From an uncultured bacterium (GTDB lineage: Bacteria; Armatimonadota; HRBIN16), in NCBI GenBank assembly GCA_964579145.1, contig CAZOGB010000002.1, forward strand, positions 592 to 64,591: a stretch of DNA of 64,000 nt. Reading direction: 5' to 3'. The notes below the pieces were generated by a model. The model worked only from the letters and a program-made list of their open reading frames with translations, was not told the origin of the DNA and searched no databases. A program made the translations under genes and the position numbers. Below, one piece after another: positions 37,230-47,036 of the stretch; positions within the stretch are counted from its first letter, which is position 1, and each line of letters starts with the position of its first letter.

Positions 37230-38505
37230 CATCCGGGTAGATTATCTGGCAAGAGTGGAGGGCGAAGGCTCTCTGCATGTTCGCTTCAGGGGCGGAAAAC
37301 TGGAGGAAGTGCATTTTAAGATTTTCGAGCCTCCTCGCTTCTTCGAGGCGTTTTTGCGCGGGCGAAGCTATCATGAAGCACCGGACATCACCGCCCGAAT
37401 CTGCGGCATCTGCCCGGTGGCCTACCAGATGAGCGCAGCGCACGCGATGGAAGATGCCTTTGGCGTGAAAGTGGAAGGGCCCATTCGCGACCTGCGCCGA
37501 CTGATATACTGCGGCGAATGGATAGAGAGCCACGTGCTTCACGTCGCCCTGCTTCACGCCCCGGACTTTCTGGGCTATGAAGACGCCATCCAGATGGCGC
37601 GAGAGCATCCGCAAATCGTGCAGACCGCCTTGCAGCTGAAAAAGGTGGGCAACGACCTGGTGAACCTCATCGGCGGGCGCGAGATACATCCGATAAACGT
37701 GAAAGTGGGAGGCTTCTACAGGGTTCCCCGTCGGCGCGACCTGGACGCGATTGAAGAGCGTTTAAAGTGGGCGCGCGACGCTTCGGTTCAGCTGGTTAAG
37801 TGGGCGGCGAGCCTGCCCATTCCTGACTTCGAGCAGGATTACGAGTTTGTGGCTCTGCAACACCCCGCAGAGTATCCGATGAACGAAGGCAGGCTCGTCT
37901 CGAATAAAGGGTTGGACATCGCCATAGATGAGTTCGAGACTCACATCGTCGAAGAGCATGTGCCCTACTCCAACGCTCTGCACGCGCGTATCGCCAGACG
38001 TGGAGCCTATCTGGTGGGACCGCTGGCGCGGTTCAACCTCAATTTCGCGCGACTATCGCCGCTGGCGCAGGAGGCTGCCAGAGAGGTTGGCGTCGTTCCT
38101 CCCTGCCGTAACCCGTTCCAGAGCATCGTGGTTCGCGCCATCGAAACCCTCTATGCGTGCGACGAGGCTCTGCGTATCATTGAACACTACACCATGCCGA
38201 ACAAGCCGGCTATAGACATACGTCCTTGCGCGGCGACCGGGCATGGATGCACTGAAGCCCCGCGCGGCATCCTCTACCATCGCTATCGCGTGGATGAATA
38301 CGGCACCATTCTGGACGCCCGAATCGTGCCGCCTACTGCCCAGAACCAGAAAACCATTGAGGCGGACCTGCGGAGCCTGATTGAGGCGAATCCTGACCTG
38401 CCGCTGGAACAGCTACAGTGGCGATGCGAGCAGGCGATACGCAACTACGATCCGTGTATCTCCTGCGCCACACACTTCCTGAAAATCAACATACAGAGGG
38501 AATAG
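37207..38505 (+). CDS. hydA: [NiFe]-hydrogenase large (alpha) subunit, group 3b
   Basis: N-terminal [10 protein letters not shown] and C-terminal DPCISCATH Ni-binding CxxC pairs; 432 aa. Confidence 0.85.
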   Translation: MKAMKGHNIRVDYLARVEGEGSLHVRFRGGKLEEVHFKIFEPPRFFEAFLRGRSYHEAPDITARICGICPVAYQMSAAHAMEDAFGVKVEGPIRDLRRLIYCGEWIESHVLHVALLHAPDFLGYEDAIQMAREHPQIVQTALQLKKVGNDLVNLIGGREIHPINVKVGGFYRVPRRRDLDAIEERLKWARDASVQLVKWAASLPIPDFEQDYEFVALQHPAEYPMNEGRLVSNKGLDIAIDEFETHIVEEHVPYSNALHARIARRGAYLVGPLARFNLNFARLSPLAQEAAREVGVVPPCRNPFQSIVVRAIETLYACDEALRIIEHYTMPNKPAIDIRPCAATGHGCTEAPRGILYHRYRVDEYGTILDARIVPPTAQNQKTIEADLRSLIEANPDLPLEQLQWRCEQAIRNYDPCISCATHFLKINIQRE

Positions 38506-38598
38506 ACCGCGCTGGCGTGCCTGTTCATTTGACCGTTAATTCACTCACTGCTGTCTTTCCATCCCCTTTCTTCCCTCTCTGATCCCATCGTTTATCTA

Positions 38599-38628
38599 TT
38601 GAAATATTTCGCATTGCTATGCTATAAT
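38599..38628 (+). promoter_or_regulatory. sigma70-type promoter (TTGAAA-18-TATAAT) in an AT-rich patch
   Basis: TTGAAA at 38599-604 and TATAAT at 38623-628; it drives a roughly 480-nt transcript segment ahead of the ATG at 39106. Confidence 0.45.
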
Positions 38629-39105
38629 TGGGGTGACTTTTGACATAGGGCACAAATGGCTCCATGAACCGCTGGCTTATCTGGCTGATACTTTGCATAC
38701 AGGGCATTTACGACCTGTCGTTAACGGGGCTGGCGCGGATGACCGCAACAGCTGGTCAGGACTCGTTACAACGGCTGCACGCGGTGTACTGCCACTGCCA
38801 ACACTGCTCGGACATCCACAGCTGCTGTTGCGTGCCCCACAAGCAGGTCATCACCGAAGCAGCCGTGCGCCAGTGTGACCCGTCTCCAGCAGCCAAAGTA
38901 GCCAATACGTGGGCATTTCGGCTGGTAAGCCAGCTGCCGACTGAAGTGCCGCTGTGTATCTCGTCTGAAGAGGCTGGTGGCTACGTACCCAGCTATCACG
39001 ATACCTTTGTGCTACCTCCTGAACCTCCTCCGCGTGGTGTCTGAGAAGACTCGTGTCTGCCAACTTTTCTCGGACATTACAAAACCAGCAAGAGGAGGTC
39101 AGGAA

Positions 39106-39846
39106 ATGCTTCGCAAGGGTTTTACGCTCATTGAACTTCTGGTGGTTATCGCGATTATCGCGATACTTGCCGCCATCCTGTTGCCTGTGTTCTCACAGGC
39201 TCGTGAGAAGGCGCGCGCTGCCGCCTGCCTGTCCAACTGCCGGCAGATGGGTATCGCGGTGCAACTCTACGTTCAGGACTACGACGAGACGATGCCGACA
39301 GTGAGGATGATGTGGCCTGGTATGCCTCAACCGCCTGTCAGCTGGCTCGAGCAGCTGCAGCCCTATGTGCGGACGCCTCTGCTACAACGCTGTCCCTCAG
39401 ACAGCAGCCCGGCGTGGCAGGCAAACCCGCCTCGCGTTTCTTCTTACGGGCTGAACGCCTACTTCGATCCCTTCCATGCCCCGTACGGCGACCACCTGGC
39501 GCCTCGTCCGCTGGCGCTTGCGTCCGTTGCTCGACCCGCCCAGTGTATCTACATCGCCGAACTGGCAGAGGTCAACCGCAAAAACGGAATGCCCATTAAA
39601 GCGGACCACTTTATGCCCATGTACTGGGGTAATCCGCCGCGGGTGATGGATATGATGATGAACGCCATGATGTGGGATGCCAATGCGCAGATACCCACCA
39701 CACTCGCCATCGCGCGCCACCAAGGCGGGGCAAACTATGTCTTTGTGGACGGGCATGCGAAGTGGCATCTGTTCGGGCAAACCTGGCAACAGAGAACAGG
39801 TGAAGTACCTCTCGTTGACTGGTACGACCCGATGCGCGCCGAATAG
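39106..39846 (+). CDS. DUF1559 (H-x9-DG) protein with a prepilin-type N-terminal cleavage/methylation domain
   Basis: [49 protein letters not shown] is the type-IV-pilin-like N-terminus typical of DUF1559; start at the ATG at 39106, 7 nt after AGGAGG; the upstream part of the track ORF is removed. Confidence 0.75.
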   Translation: MLRKGFTLIELLVVIAIIAILAAILLPVFSQAREKARAAACLSNCRQMGIAVQLYVQDYDETMPTVRMMWPGMPQPPVSWLEQLQPYVRTPLLQRCPSDSSPAWQANPPRVSSYGLNAYFDPFHAPYGDHLAPRPLALASVARPAQCIYIAELAEVNRKNGMPIKADHFMPMYWGNPPRVMDMMMNAMMWDANAQIPTTLAIARHQGGANYVFVDGHAKWHLFGQTWQQRTGEVPLVDWYDPMRAE

Positions 39847-39879
39847 CAATGTGGGGGAGCGTGCGCTCCCCCTCGCCGT

Positions 39880-41013
39880 TCACGCCAGACGTTTGGTGAA
39901 GCGTAGGCTCGCCAGGCTGAACAGCAACAGCCCGATTATTACCAGAGCCAGCGCATCCCCCCACAACACCTCTAACCCCACCCCCTTCAGGAAGATGCCC
40001 CGTACGATGTTCAGAAAATAGCGCAGGGGTATCAGATAGGTGAGCAGCTGGATAACCCGCGGCATGTTTTCGATGGGGAACATGAAGCCCGACAGCAGGA
40101 TGGACGGAAGCATGATGAAGAAAGCGGTCATCATCGCCTGTTGCTGGGTGTGGGAGACGGTGGAGATGAATAAGCCGAGCCCCAGACTGGTCAGCACGAA
40201 GGTAAGCGTGAGCGCGAGCAGGAGCAACAGACTGCCCTTCAATGGTACTTTGAACCACAGAGTTGCAATGGTCAGTATCAACAGCACATCTGCGAAGCCG
40301 ATCAGCACAAACGGCACGGTCTTACCAATCATCAGTTCGTGTGCGCGCACCGGCGTCACTATAATCTGCTCCAGAGTGCCCACCTCACGCTCTCGAACTA
40401 TCGCCATAGAGGTTAGCACCATCGTCACCACCAGCAGGATGGTGCAGAGCACGCCGGGTACCATGTAGTTCACGCTTCGCAGTTCGGGATTGAACCACAC
40501 GCGCGTTCGCTCTTCCACCACAGGCAGGCGTGTGAGCCGGGCGTGGACGCGCTGTAAACGCTCAATCATGGTCTCCTCCGAGTAGCGCCGCAACAGCCCA
40601 GCGGTGTAAGCCTGTACCATCCCCGAAGTGGTGGAGTCTGTGCCGTCCATAATCACCTGCAGGGGCGCACTTTCACCTCTTGCCAGCTGTCGGGCAAAGC
40701 CCCGTGGGATTTCGATGCCCACCATCACCTGTCCGCTGTCCAGCAGGGGAACCAGGTCCTGGGGACGGTTGAGGTAGCATACAACGTCAAAGTAGCCCGT
40801 GTTCTCGAAGCGTGCAATGAGCTCGCGGCTCTCACGGCTGCTGTCCATATCAATAACTGCCGTCGGTATGTGCTTGATGTCGGTTGTCACGGCGTAGCCG
40901 AAGATAATCAGCTGAAGGACCGGCGCAACCAGCACTATCCTCAGCATCCGTGGGTCACGACGGAGCTGGATGAACTCTTTGCGAATGAGATATTTTATCC
41001 GCTGTGTAAACAT
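39880..41013 (-). CDS. ABC-2-type transporter permease
   Basis: ABC-2 family six-TM permease; start trimmed to the ATG at 41013 (MFTQRIKYLIRKEF...), removing a 130-aa antisense extension. Confidence 0.75.
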   Translation of the reverse strand: MFTQRIKYLIRKEFIQLRRDPRMLRIVLVAPVLQLIIFGYAVTTDIKHIPTAVIDMDSSRESRELIARFENTGYFDVVCYLNRPQDLVPLLDSGQVMVGIEIPRGFARQLARGESAPLQVIMDGTDSTTSGMVQAYTAGLLRRYSEETMIERLQRVHARLTRLPVVEERTRVWFNPELRSVNYMVPGVLCTILLVVTMVLTSMAIVREREVGTLEQIIVTPVRAHELMIGKTVPFVLIGFADVLLILTIATLWFKVPLKGSLLLLLALTLTFVLTSLGLGLFISTVSHTQQQAMMTAFFIMLPSILLSGFMFPIENMPRVIQLLTYLIPLRYFLNIVRGIFLKGVGLEVLWGDALALVIIGLLLFSLASLRFTKRLA

Positions 41014-41021
41014 GGAGCACC

Positions 41022-42155
41022 TCACAGTCGCTTTTGGAACTTCATCGCGCTGACCCCCACCGCAATCATCCCAAAGAGCACCAGAGGCAGGGCGTGTTTC
41101 CACAGCACCTCCGGTCCCACCCCTTTCAGGAAGATGCCGCGCAGGATCACGATGAAGTAACGCGCCGGGATGAGGTAGGTTAGCAGTTGCAGAGGCTTTG
41201 GCATGGCGCTGATGGGGAACACGAAGCCCGACAGCAAAACGGACGGAAGCATTGTGCCCAGCATAGCGGCGATAAAAGCGACCAACTGCGTGCGCGCCAC
41301 CACCGAGATGAGCAGTCCGATCCCGAGCGAGGAGAGCAGGAACACGCCTGAATGCACCAGCAACAGCACCACACTTCCGCGAACGGGAACATCGAAGAGC
41401 CACCTCCCCACCGCCAGCACCAGCAACACATCCGCGTAGGCGATAAGCACATACGGGATAACCTTGCCAATCATCAGCTCGTGAGGCATGACGGGCGAAA
41501 CCACCAGCTGCTCAATAGTCCCCCGCTCTCGTTCACGCACGATGGTCAGGGAGGTCAACAGCGCGGCGAGCATCTGCAAAATCACCGCAATCAGCCCGGG
41601 CACGATGAAATAGGTGCTGTTCATTTCGGGGTTGTACCAGACGCGCGGGCGGAAGTCTATCGGCGCCACGATGCGCTCGGCGGGAAGCCCCTTCCGCATG
41701 GCGAACTGGCGCGCGTATTCCACCGAGAACGCCTGTACAAAACCGGAAACATATCCCTGCGCGATGGTAGCAGTGGTGGAATCCGAGCCGTCTACCAGCG
41801 CCTGTATCTGTGGCGTTCTGCCCGACGCCAGGTCTCGCCCAAAGCCGCGCGGAATGACCAGAATCAGCTTCGCCTCTCCGCGATTGAGCAGGTCATCAAT
41901 CTGCCGATGCGTGTCCAAGTAGCGCACCACGTCAAAGTATTCGTTGTGCTGAAGCGAGCGGATGAAGTCACGCGAGGTGGAGCTCCTGTCATAGTCCAGC
42001 ACCGCCGTGCGCAGATGGCGGACGTCCATATTGATGGCGTAGCCGTAGAGGATCAGCATCAGCACCGGCAGTATCACCACGACCGCCATCGTGCGCACAT
42101 CTCGCAGGATATGAATGAACTCCTTGCGCATCACCGCGAGGATTCGGGTTATCAT
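41022..42155 (-). CDS. ABC-2-type transporter permease (paralogue)
   Basis: Paralogue of the downstream permease; start at the ATG at 42155 (MITRILAVMRKEF...). Confidence 0.75.
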   Translation of the reverse strand: MITRILAVMRKEFIHILRDVRTMAVVVILPVLMLILYGYAINMDVRHLRTAVLDYDRSSTSRDFIRSLQHNEYFDVVRYLDTHRQIDDLLNRGEAKLILVIPRGFGRDLASGRTPQIQALVDGSDSTTATIAQGYVSGFVQAFSVEYARQFAMRKGLPAERIVAPIDFRPRVWYNPEMNSTYFIVPGLIAVILQMLAALLTSLTIVRERERGTIEQLVVSPVMPHELMIGKVIPYVLIAYADVLLVLAVGRWLFDVPVRGSVVLLLVHSGVFLLSSLGIGLLISVVARTQLVAFIAAMLGTMLPSVLLSGFVFPISAMPKPLQLLTYLIPARYFIVILRGIFLKGVGPEVLWKHALPLVLFGMIAVGVSAMKFQKRL

Positions 42156-42156
42156 C

Positions 42157-43110
42157 TCAGTTGCCTCCCTCGCCCAGCTCGCGGTCTGTTCGTTCCACCA
42201 GCGCCACGAACACATCCTCCAGCGAGGGCAGTACGGGTTGCAGAGAGCGGATGGTGAACTGCTCCCGGAGAAGCCTTGCCCTCACCTGTTCTGCGGCGTG
42301 CTCGCCTTCGGGGACAACCACGTGCAGTTTTTTGCCGAACACCGCCACATCGCGCACCAGAGGGTCACCAGCCAGAACGTCCAAGGCAGGCATCTGCGGC
42401 TCCACCTCTACCTCCAGCAGTTGCCCCGACGTGTACGCCGATTTCAGCTGAGCCGGTGTGCCCATCGCCACGATTCTGCCCCGGTAGATGAGGCACAGTC
42501 GGTCGCAGTGCTCGGCTTCGTCCATGTAGTGCGTGGTGACGAATACCGTCACGCCCCCCTGCGCCAGCTCGTAGATAAGCTCCCAGAACTGCCTGCGCGA
42601 CACGGGGTCTACTCCTGCTGTAGGCTCATCCAGAAAGAGGATCTCCGGCTCGTGCACAATCGCACAGCCCAACGCCAGCCGCTGTTTCCAGCCCATCGCC
42701 AGCTCGCCGGTCAGCGTCCTTTGCCTTGCCTCCAGCCCTGCCATCTGTATTACCCATCGCTTGCGCTCCTCCATGCGGCTCGGCGGGACACCGTATATCC
42801 CCGCGTAGAACTGGATGTTTTCCTCAACGGTCAGGTCTTCGTACAACGAGAACCTCTGCGACATGTAACCGATGCGCTCCTTAATCTGCTCGGCTTGCGT
42901 TCGGATGTCCAGCCCGGCAACGGTGCCGGTGCCCGAGGTGGGTTCAATGATGCCGCACAGCATGCGAATGGTGGTGGACTTCCCCGCGCCGTTCGGTCCC
43001 AGGAATCCGAAGATTTCGCCACGCCTGACCGAAAAGCTTAACCGGTCCACCGCCGTGAAGTCACCGAACCGCCGCGTCAGCTCGTTGACCTCCACTGCCC
43101 ATTCGCTCAT
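42157..43110 (-). CDS. ABC transporter ATP-binding protein
   Basis: Walker A GPNGAGKSTT, LSGG signature and Walker B; start at the ATG at 43110, overlapping the upstream stop as ATGA. Confidence 0.85.
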   Translation of the reverse strand: MSEWAVEVNELTRRFGDFTAVDRLSFSVRRGEIFGFLGPNGAGKSTTIRMLCGIIEPTSGTGTVAGLDIRTQAEQIKERIGYMSQRFSLYEDLTVEENIQFYAGIYGVPPSRMEERKRWVIQMAGLEARQRTLTGELAMGWKQRLALGCAIVHEPEILFLDEPTAGVDPVSRRQFWELIYELAQGGVTVFVTTHYMDEAEHCDRLCLIYRGRIVAMGTPAQLKSAYTSGQLLEVEVEPQMPALDVLAGDPLVRDVAVFGKKLHVVVPEGEHAAEQVRARLLREQFTIRSLQPVLPSLEDVFVALVERTDRELGEGGN

Positions 43111-44045
43111 CCCCCAGTCCCCCTTTGCGCCTCCATGATGGCAACAAACACGTCCTCCAGACCCGGGCTCATCGGCTGAAGGTGCTCGATGCGGACGTTC
43201 GCCTGAGCAAGTGTCCGCTGGATAAGGGAGACGTCCCTTTCCGCGTTCTGGAGCCAGACATGCAGTCGCTCGCCGAACACCTGAACGCCCTGCACGCCCG
43301 CTGTGTGGCTTAATAGATGCTTCGCTTCGCGCTGGGGATGGCAAATGAGTTCAACCAGGTCGCCCATCATGCGGTTTCGCAGGTTGTCCGGGCTGTCGCA
43401 CACGATAATGCGCCCGGCGTACATGAAGGCTATTCGGTTGCACCGTTCCGCCTCGTCCATGTAGGGCGTGCTGACCACCAGGGTCATGCCCCTGCCCACC
43501 AGGCTGTAGAGTATCCGCCAGAAATCGCGCCGAGAGACGGGGTCCACGCCAGTGGTTGGCTCGTCGAGAAAGAGTATCTCGGGCGTGTGGATGAGCGTGC
43601 AGGCAAGCGCAAGCTTCTGCTTCATCCCGCCTGACAGATTCTGTGCGAGCCGGTGGGTAAACGGAGCCAGCCTGCTGAACTCCAGAAGCTCTTTCTGTCG
43701 TGCGATGCGCTCCTCTTTGGGCACGCGGTAGATGTCGGCAAAGAAGTCCAGATTCTCCTGCACGGTCAGGTCGCCGTACAGGCTGAACCGCTGAGACATA
43801 TAGCCGATGCGCTGTTTGACCTCTTCGGGATGAGTGCGCACGTTGAAGCCTGCCACGATTGCCTCGCCGGCGGTCGGCTCGATGGCTCCTACCAGCATGC
43901 GAAAGGTGGTGGTTTTGCCCGCGCCGTCCGGTCCGACAATGCCGAACACCTCGCCGCGCTTAACCTGCAAATCCACCGAGTCCACCGCGACGACCTCGCC
44001 GAACAGTTTGCGCAGGGCGTGTGCCTCTACTGCGAGCTCGCTCAT
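43107..44045 (-). CDS. ABC transporter ATP-binding protein (paralogue)
   Basis: Walker A GPDGAGKTTT, the ABC signature and Walker B. Confidence 0.85.
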   Translation of the reverse strand: MSELAVEAHALRKLFGEVVAVDSVDLQVKRGEVFGIVGPDGAGKTTTFRMLVGAIEPTAGEAIVAGFNVRTHPEEVKQRIGYMSQRFSLYGDLTVQENLDFFADIYRVPKEERIARQKELLEFSRLAPFTHRLAQNLSGGMKQKLALACTLIHTPEILFLDEPTTGVDPVSRRDFWRILYSLVGRGMTLVVSTPYMDEAERCNRIAFMYAGRIIVCDSPDNLRNRMMGDLVELICHPQREAKHLLSHTAGVQGVQVFGERLHVWLQNAERDVSLIQRTLAQANVRIEHLQPMSPGLEDVFVAIMEAQRGTGG

Positions 44046-44057
44046 CGCCGCCTCCGC

Positions 44058-45479
44058 CTACGGGGAAAGGAAAATGGTGGCATCGGCTGGCATTCCGGGC
44101 TTCAGCTCATGGCGCGGGTTTGCCAGCGTAATCTTCACGCCGAACACCAGCCTCACTCGCTCCTCCCTGGTCTGGACGTTCTTCGGCGTAAACTCCGGCT
44201 TGTCAGCGATTTCGGAGACCTTCCCCTCAAACCGGTTACCGGGAAAGGCGTCCACCACCACCTCGGCGCGGTCGCCCAGCTTCACGCGCATGTCAGGCTC
44301 GGGAACGTACACCTTCAGCCATACGCTATCCAGATTGGCGACGCGAACGATGGGCATTCCGGGCGTGACCAGCTCACCCTGCTCGGCGACCTTGAGGATG
44401 ACTCTCCCTGCCACGGGAGACCGAACGGTCAGGTGCTCGCGAAGCGCCTTTGCCGACTCCAGTGCGCCCCGTGCCTGTTCCACCTGTGCCCTCGCCGCTT
44501 GGATAGTCTCTTCGCGGGCGCCAGCGAGCAGGAGTTGCAGACGGGCGCGGGCAGCCGATACTGCTTCCAGCGCGGTGCGGTACTGTGTGCGCGCCTGTTC
44601 CAGCTGCTGTTTGGTCACCAGGCGGTCGGTATAGAGCTCTTTCACCACCTGCAGGTTGAGGCGTGCCCCTTCCATCTGCGCACGTGCCTGCGCTTCCGCT
44701 GCGCGTGCCTGTTCGCGTTCTTCCACGCGGGCACCAGCCTGCAGTTCTGCCAGCTTTGCCTCCGCCGCCGCAAGCGCCGCCCACGCGGTATCCCGTCGTG
44801 CGATGGCGGAGTCCATCTGCTGTCTGGAAATGGCTCCCGTTGCGAACATGTTCTGGGCACGCTCCACATCCTGCTGTGCGTTGATATACTGTGCTTTTGC
44901 CTGTTCAACGGCGGCGCGAGCCTGCTCTATCTGCTCCACACGCGCCCCGGCTTCCACCATCTCCAATCGCGCCTTCGCCTGCTTGTAGGCGTTCTCGGCA
45001 ACCTCATAAGCGGATTGGGCGTTGACCAGCTGTGCTTTCAGCTCCGTCGCTTTGGCGAACATCTCCTGAACCGTTGCCAGCGTCCGGCGTGCTCCCTCCG
45101 CGGCTGCCTCCGCCTGCGCCAGGTTCGCCTGCGCCTGACGTATCTCTTCTTCCCGCGCTCCCTTCAGCAGCTCTGCCAGCCGTGCCTGAGCCGCTCGGTA
45201 GGCTCCCTCCGCCTGAAGCACCTGTGCCTCCAGCTCCCTGCCGTCCAGAACGGCGATAACCTGCCCTGCCTGCACCTCGTCGCCCTCGTCAACCAGCAGT
45301 TTGAGGATGCGCCCTGTGGTTTTCGCGCTGACGTCTACCTCGGTGGCTTCAATGGTGCCGCTGGCGAGGATAACGTTGCCCGGCGGAGCAGGGCGCGAAA
45401 GCACCACACGCCACACCGCAAAGCCCGCTATCACCAGCGCAATCAGCACCAGCACACGAGACGCCCTGCCGTGTTTCAT
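44058..45479 (-). CDS. HlyD-family membrane-fusion (periplasmic adaptor) protein with a long coiled coil
   Basis: N-terminal TM, biotinyl-lipoyl-like halves, an extended A/E/R/Q-rich coiled coil, and a C-terminal beta-barrel. Confidence 0.75.
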   Translation of the reverse strand: MKHGRASRVLVLIALVIAGFAVWRVVLSRPAPPGNVILASGTIEATEVDVSAKTTGRILKLLVDEGDEVQAGQVIAVLDGRELEAQVLQAEGAYRAAQARLAELLKGAREEEIRQAQANLAQAEAAAEGARRTLATVQEMFAKATELKAQLVNAQSAYEVAENAYKQAKARLEMVEAGARVEQIEQARAAVEQAKAQYINAQQDVERAQNMFATGAISRQQMDSAIARRDTAWAALAAAEAKLAELQAGARVEEREQARAAEAQARAQMEGARLNLQVVKELYTDRLVTKQQLEQARTQYRTALEAVSAARARLQLLLAGAREETIQAARAQVEQARGALESAKALREHLTVRSPVAGRVILKVAEQGELVTPGMPIVRVANLDSVWLKVYVPEPDMRVKLGDRAEVVVDAFPGNRFEGKVSEIADKPEFTPKNVQTREERVRLVFGVKITLANPRHELKPGMPADATIFLSP

Positions 45480-46114
45480 CGCCGAATGCCCTCCAGAAGC
45501 AGATTCGCGAACACCTCCGCGTACTCTTCCGCACTGTGCCTCGGCAAAATCTGTTCTTTGGTCCCCTCACTGCACGCCAGCAGATGGTCAAACAGGATGG
45601 TCATCCAGAACGCCCCCACCAGCATCCGCGCGGCAATCTCCACCGGCACCTCGCGAAAAGCCCCCTCCTGCATCCTTCTGGAAAGGTACTCCTTCACTAT
45701 GCTCGATGCGGGGCGAATGACCTCCTGCATCAACTGCTCGGCTACCTGCTCGTCGTGCATCGCCTGGGGAAGCAGTGCCCTCAGAAGGTCGGCGTACCGC
45801 TCTCCAAAGCGTATCCTGTCCCGGAAGAGCGAGCGCAATACCTCCGGGTCATTCGTTTCCTGCGACGCCGAGAGGATGTCTTTCAATACCGGCAGGCTTG
45901 CCTGCCCCAGCAGGGCGAAAAGCAAGTGGCGCTTGGAGGGGAAATGAATGTAAATGGTTCCTTCCGCCACTCCGGCTTCCTGAGCAATCATGCGCGTGGT
46001 GGTGGAATCGTATCCCCGCTGGGCGAACAGCCGCAACGCTGCCTGAAGGATTGCCTCTTTTGTGTCTTTTGCTCCTCTGCGTCTGCCTTTTTGTGATGGT
46101 GCGGCGCACATCAT
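45476..46114 (-). CDS. TetR-family transcriptional regulator
   Basis: TetR HTH (TKEAILQAALRLFAQRGYDSTTTRMIAQEAGVAEGTIYIHF); first gene of the efflux operon. Confidence 0.8.
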   Translation of the reverse strand: MMCAAPSQKGRRRGAKDTKEAILQAALRLFAQRGYDSTTTRMIAQEAGVAEGTIYIHFPSKRHLLFALLGQASLPVLKDILSASQETNDPEVLRSLFRDRIRFGERYADLLRALLPQAMHDEQVAEQLMQEVIRPASSIVKEYLSRRMQEGAFREVPVEIAARMLVGAFWMTILFDHLLACSEGTKEQILPRHSAEEYAEVFANLLLEGIRR

Positions 46115-46125
46115 TTCTCCTTATG

Positions 46126-46145
46126 ATGAGTGAGCACTCACTCAT
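46126..46145. promoter_or_regulatory. probable TetR operator (perfect 9-2-9 palindrome ATGAGTGAG-CA-CTCACTCAT)
   Basis: Perfect inverted repeat 12 nt upstream of the tetR start codon, in the divergent tetR / hycI intergenic region. Confidence 0.55.
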
Positions 46146-46219
46146 ATATTACTCGCCACCTCTGGCATTGTCAAGAGGAGCGGGGCGCGTGCAGAACAAA
46201 TTATGCCGAGGAGGATTCC

Positions 46220-46684
46220 ATGCACAGGACACTTCTTATCGGGATTGGCAACGTTTACCGCAGAGACGACGGCGTGGGCATCGTGGCGGTGCGTCGGGCG
46301 CGCTCCCTGCTCCCCCCGTCGGTGGAGGTGTTGGAGTGGACGGGCGACCTCATGACGCTTCTGGAGATATGGCAGGGTTCCCGCTGTGTTGTGGTGGATG
46401 CGCTTCGTTCAGGAGGCACGTCAGGACAGATACTCCGCATGGAGGCGCACCGTGAACCGTTGCCTGTGGAAGGGCGCTTCTTCTGCACGCACTCGATTGG
46501 GCTGGAGGAGGTTATTGCTCTGGCGCATGTGCTGAACAAACTGCCGGTGGAGCTGATACTGTACGGCGTGGAGGGTAGCGACTTCGGCGAAGGCGAAGGG
46601 TTGTCGCCAGAGGTCGAAAAGGCAACGGATGATGTGGTACGATATATCCTGCAGGACGTTATGAAGGACAGGGCAGATGCATGA
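46220..46684 (+). CDS. hycI: hydrogenase maturation endopeptidase (HycI/HybD family)
   Basis: LLIGIGNVYRRDDGVG...HSIG motifs of the hydrogenase C-terminal maturation proteases; start at the ATG at 46220 after GAGGAGGA. Confidence 0.75.
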   Translation: MHRTLLIGIGNVYRRDDGVGIVAVRRARSLLPPSVEVLEWTGDLMTLLEIWQGSRCVVVDALRSGGTSGQILRMEAHREPLPVEGRFFCTHSIGLEEVIALAHVLNKLPVELILYGVEGSDFGEGEGLSPEVEKATDDVVRYILQDVMKDRADA

Positions 46685-47036
46685 GTTCTCGATAGCCGAG
46701 GCAATCGTGCGCACCAGTGAAGAGGTGCTGAGAGCGAACGGCGGCGGCAAGGCGGAAAAGGTGCATTTGCGCATCGGCGAGCTGCGTCAGGTGGTTCCCG
46801 ACGCGCTGACCTTTGCCTTTGACATCCTGAAAGAAGACACCCTGCTGGCGGATGCGTCGCTGGAGTGGGAGACCGCACCTGCGCAGGTGCGCTGCAGGTC
46901 CTGCGGGACGGAATATCATCCGAGAGATGTTTTCTGGGAGTGTCCTTCATGCGGCGCGATAGGCGCGGAGGTGGTGGCAGGCGAGGAGCTGGAGATACTG
47001 GCCATTACTCTGGCAGGAGGTTCAGATGGAGATTAA
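46677..47036 (+). CDS. hypA: hydrogenase nickel-incorporation protein HypA
   Basis: MHEFSIAEAIV N-terminus and the CRSCG...CPSCG zinc site. Confidence 0.85.
   Translation: MHEFSIAEAIVRTSEEVLRANGGGKAEKVHLRIGELRQVVPDALTFAFDILKEDTLLADASLEWETAPAQVRCRSCGTEYHPRDVFWECPSCGAIGAEVVAGEELEILAITLAGGSDGD

Noticed and set aside
38664-39044. 126-aa Cys-rich ORF upstream of the DUF1559 gene
   Set aside because: There is no Shine-Dalgarno before its ATG and it shows irregular codon periodicity. I treat the region as a leader or ncRNA instead; kept only as a low-probability alternative
39880-43344. Long N-terminal extensions of track ORFs (for example the 507-aa permease, the 395-aa ATPase, the 456-aa URO-D-like, the 911-aa GH78, the 268-aa UDG)
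   Set aside because: The extensions are Arg/Gly/Pro-rich, overlap the upstream gene on the same strand, and internal ATGs coincide with ATGA/TGATG coupling or an RBS. Genes were trimmed to those starts
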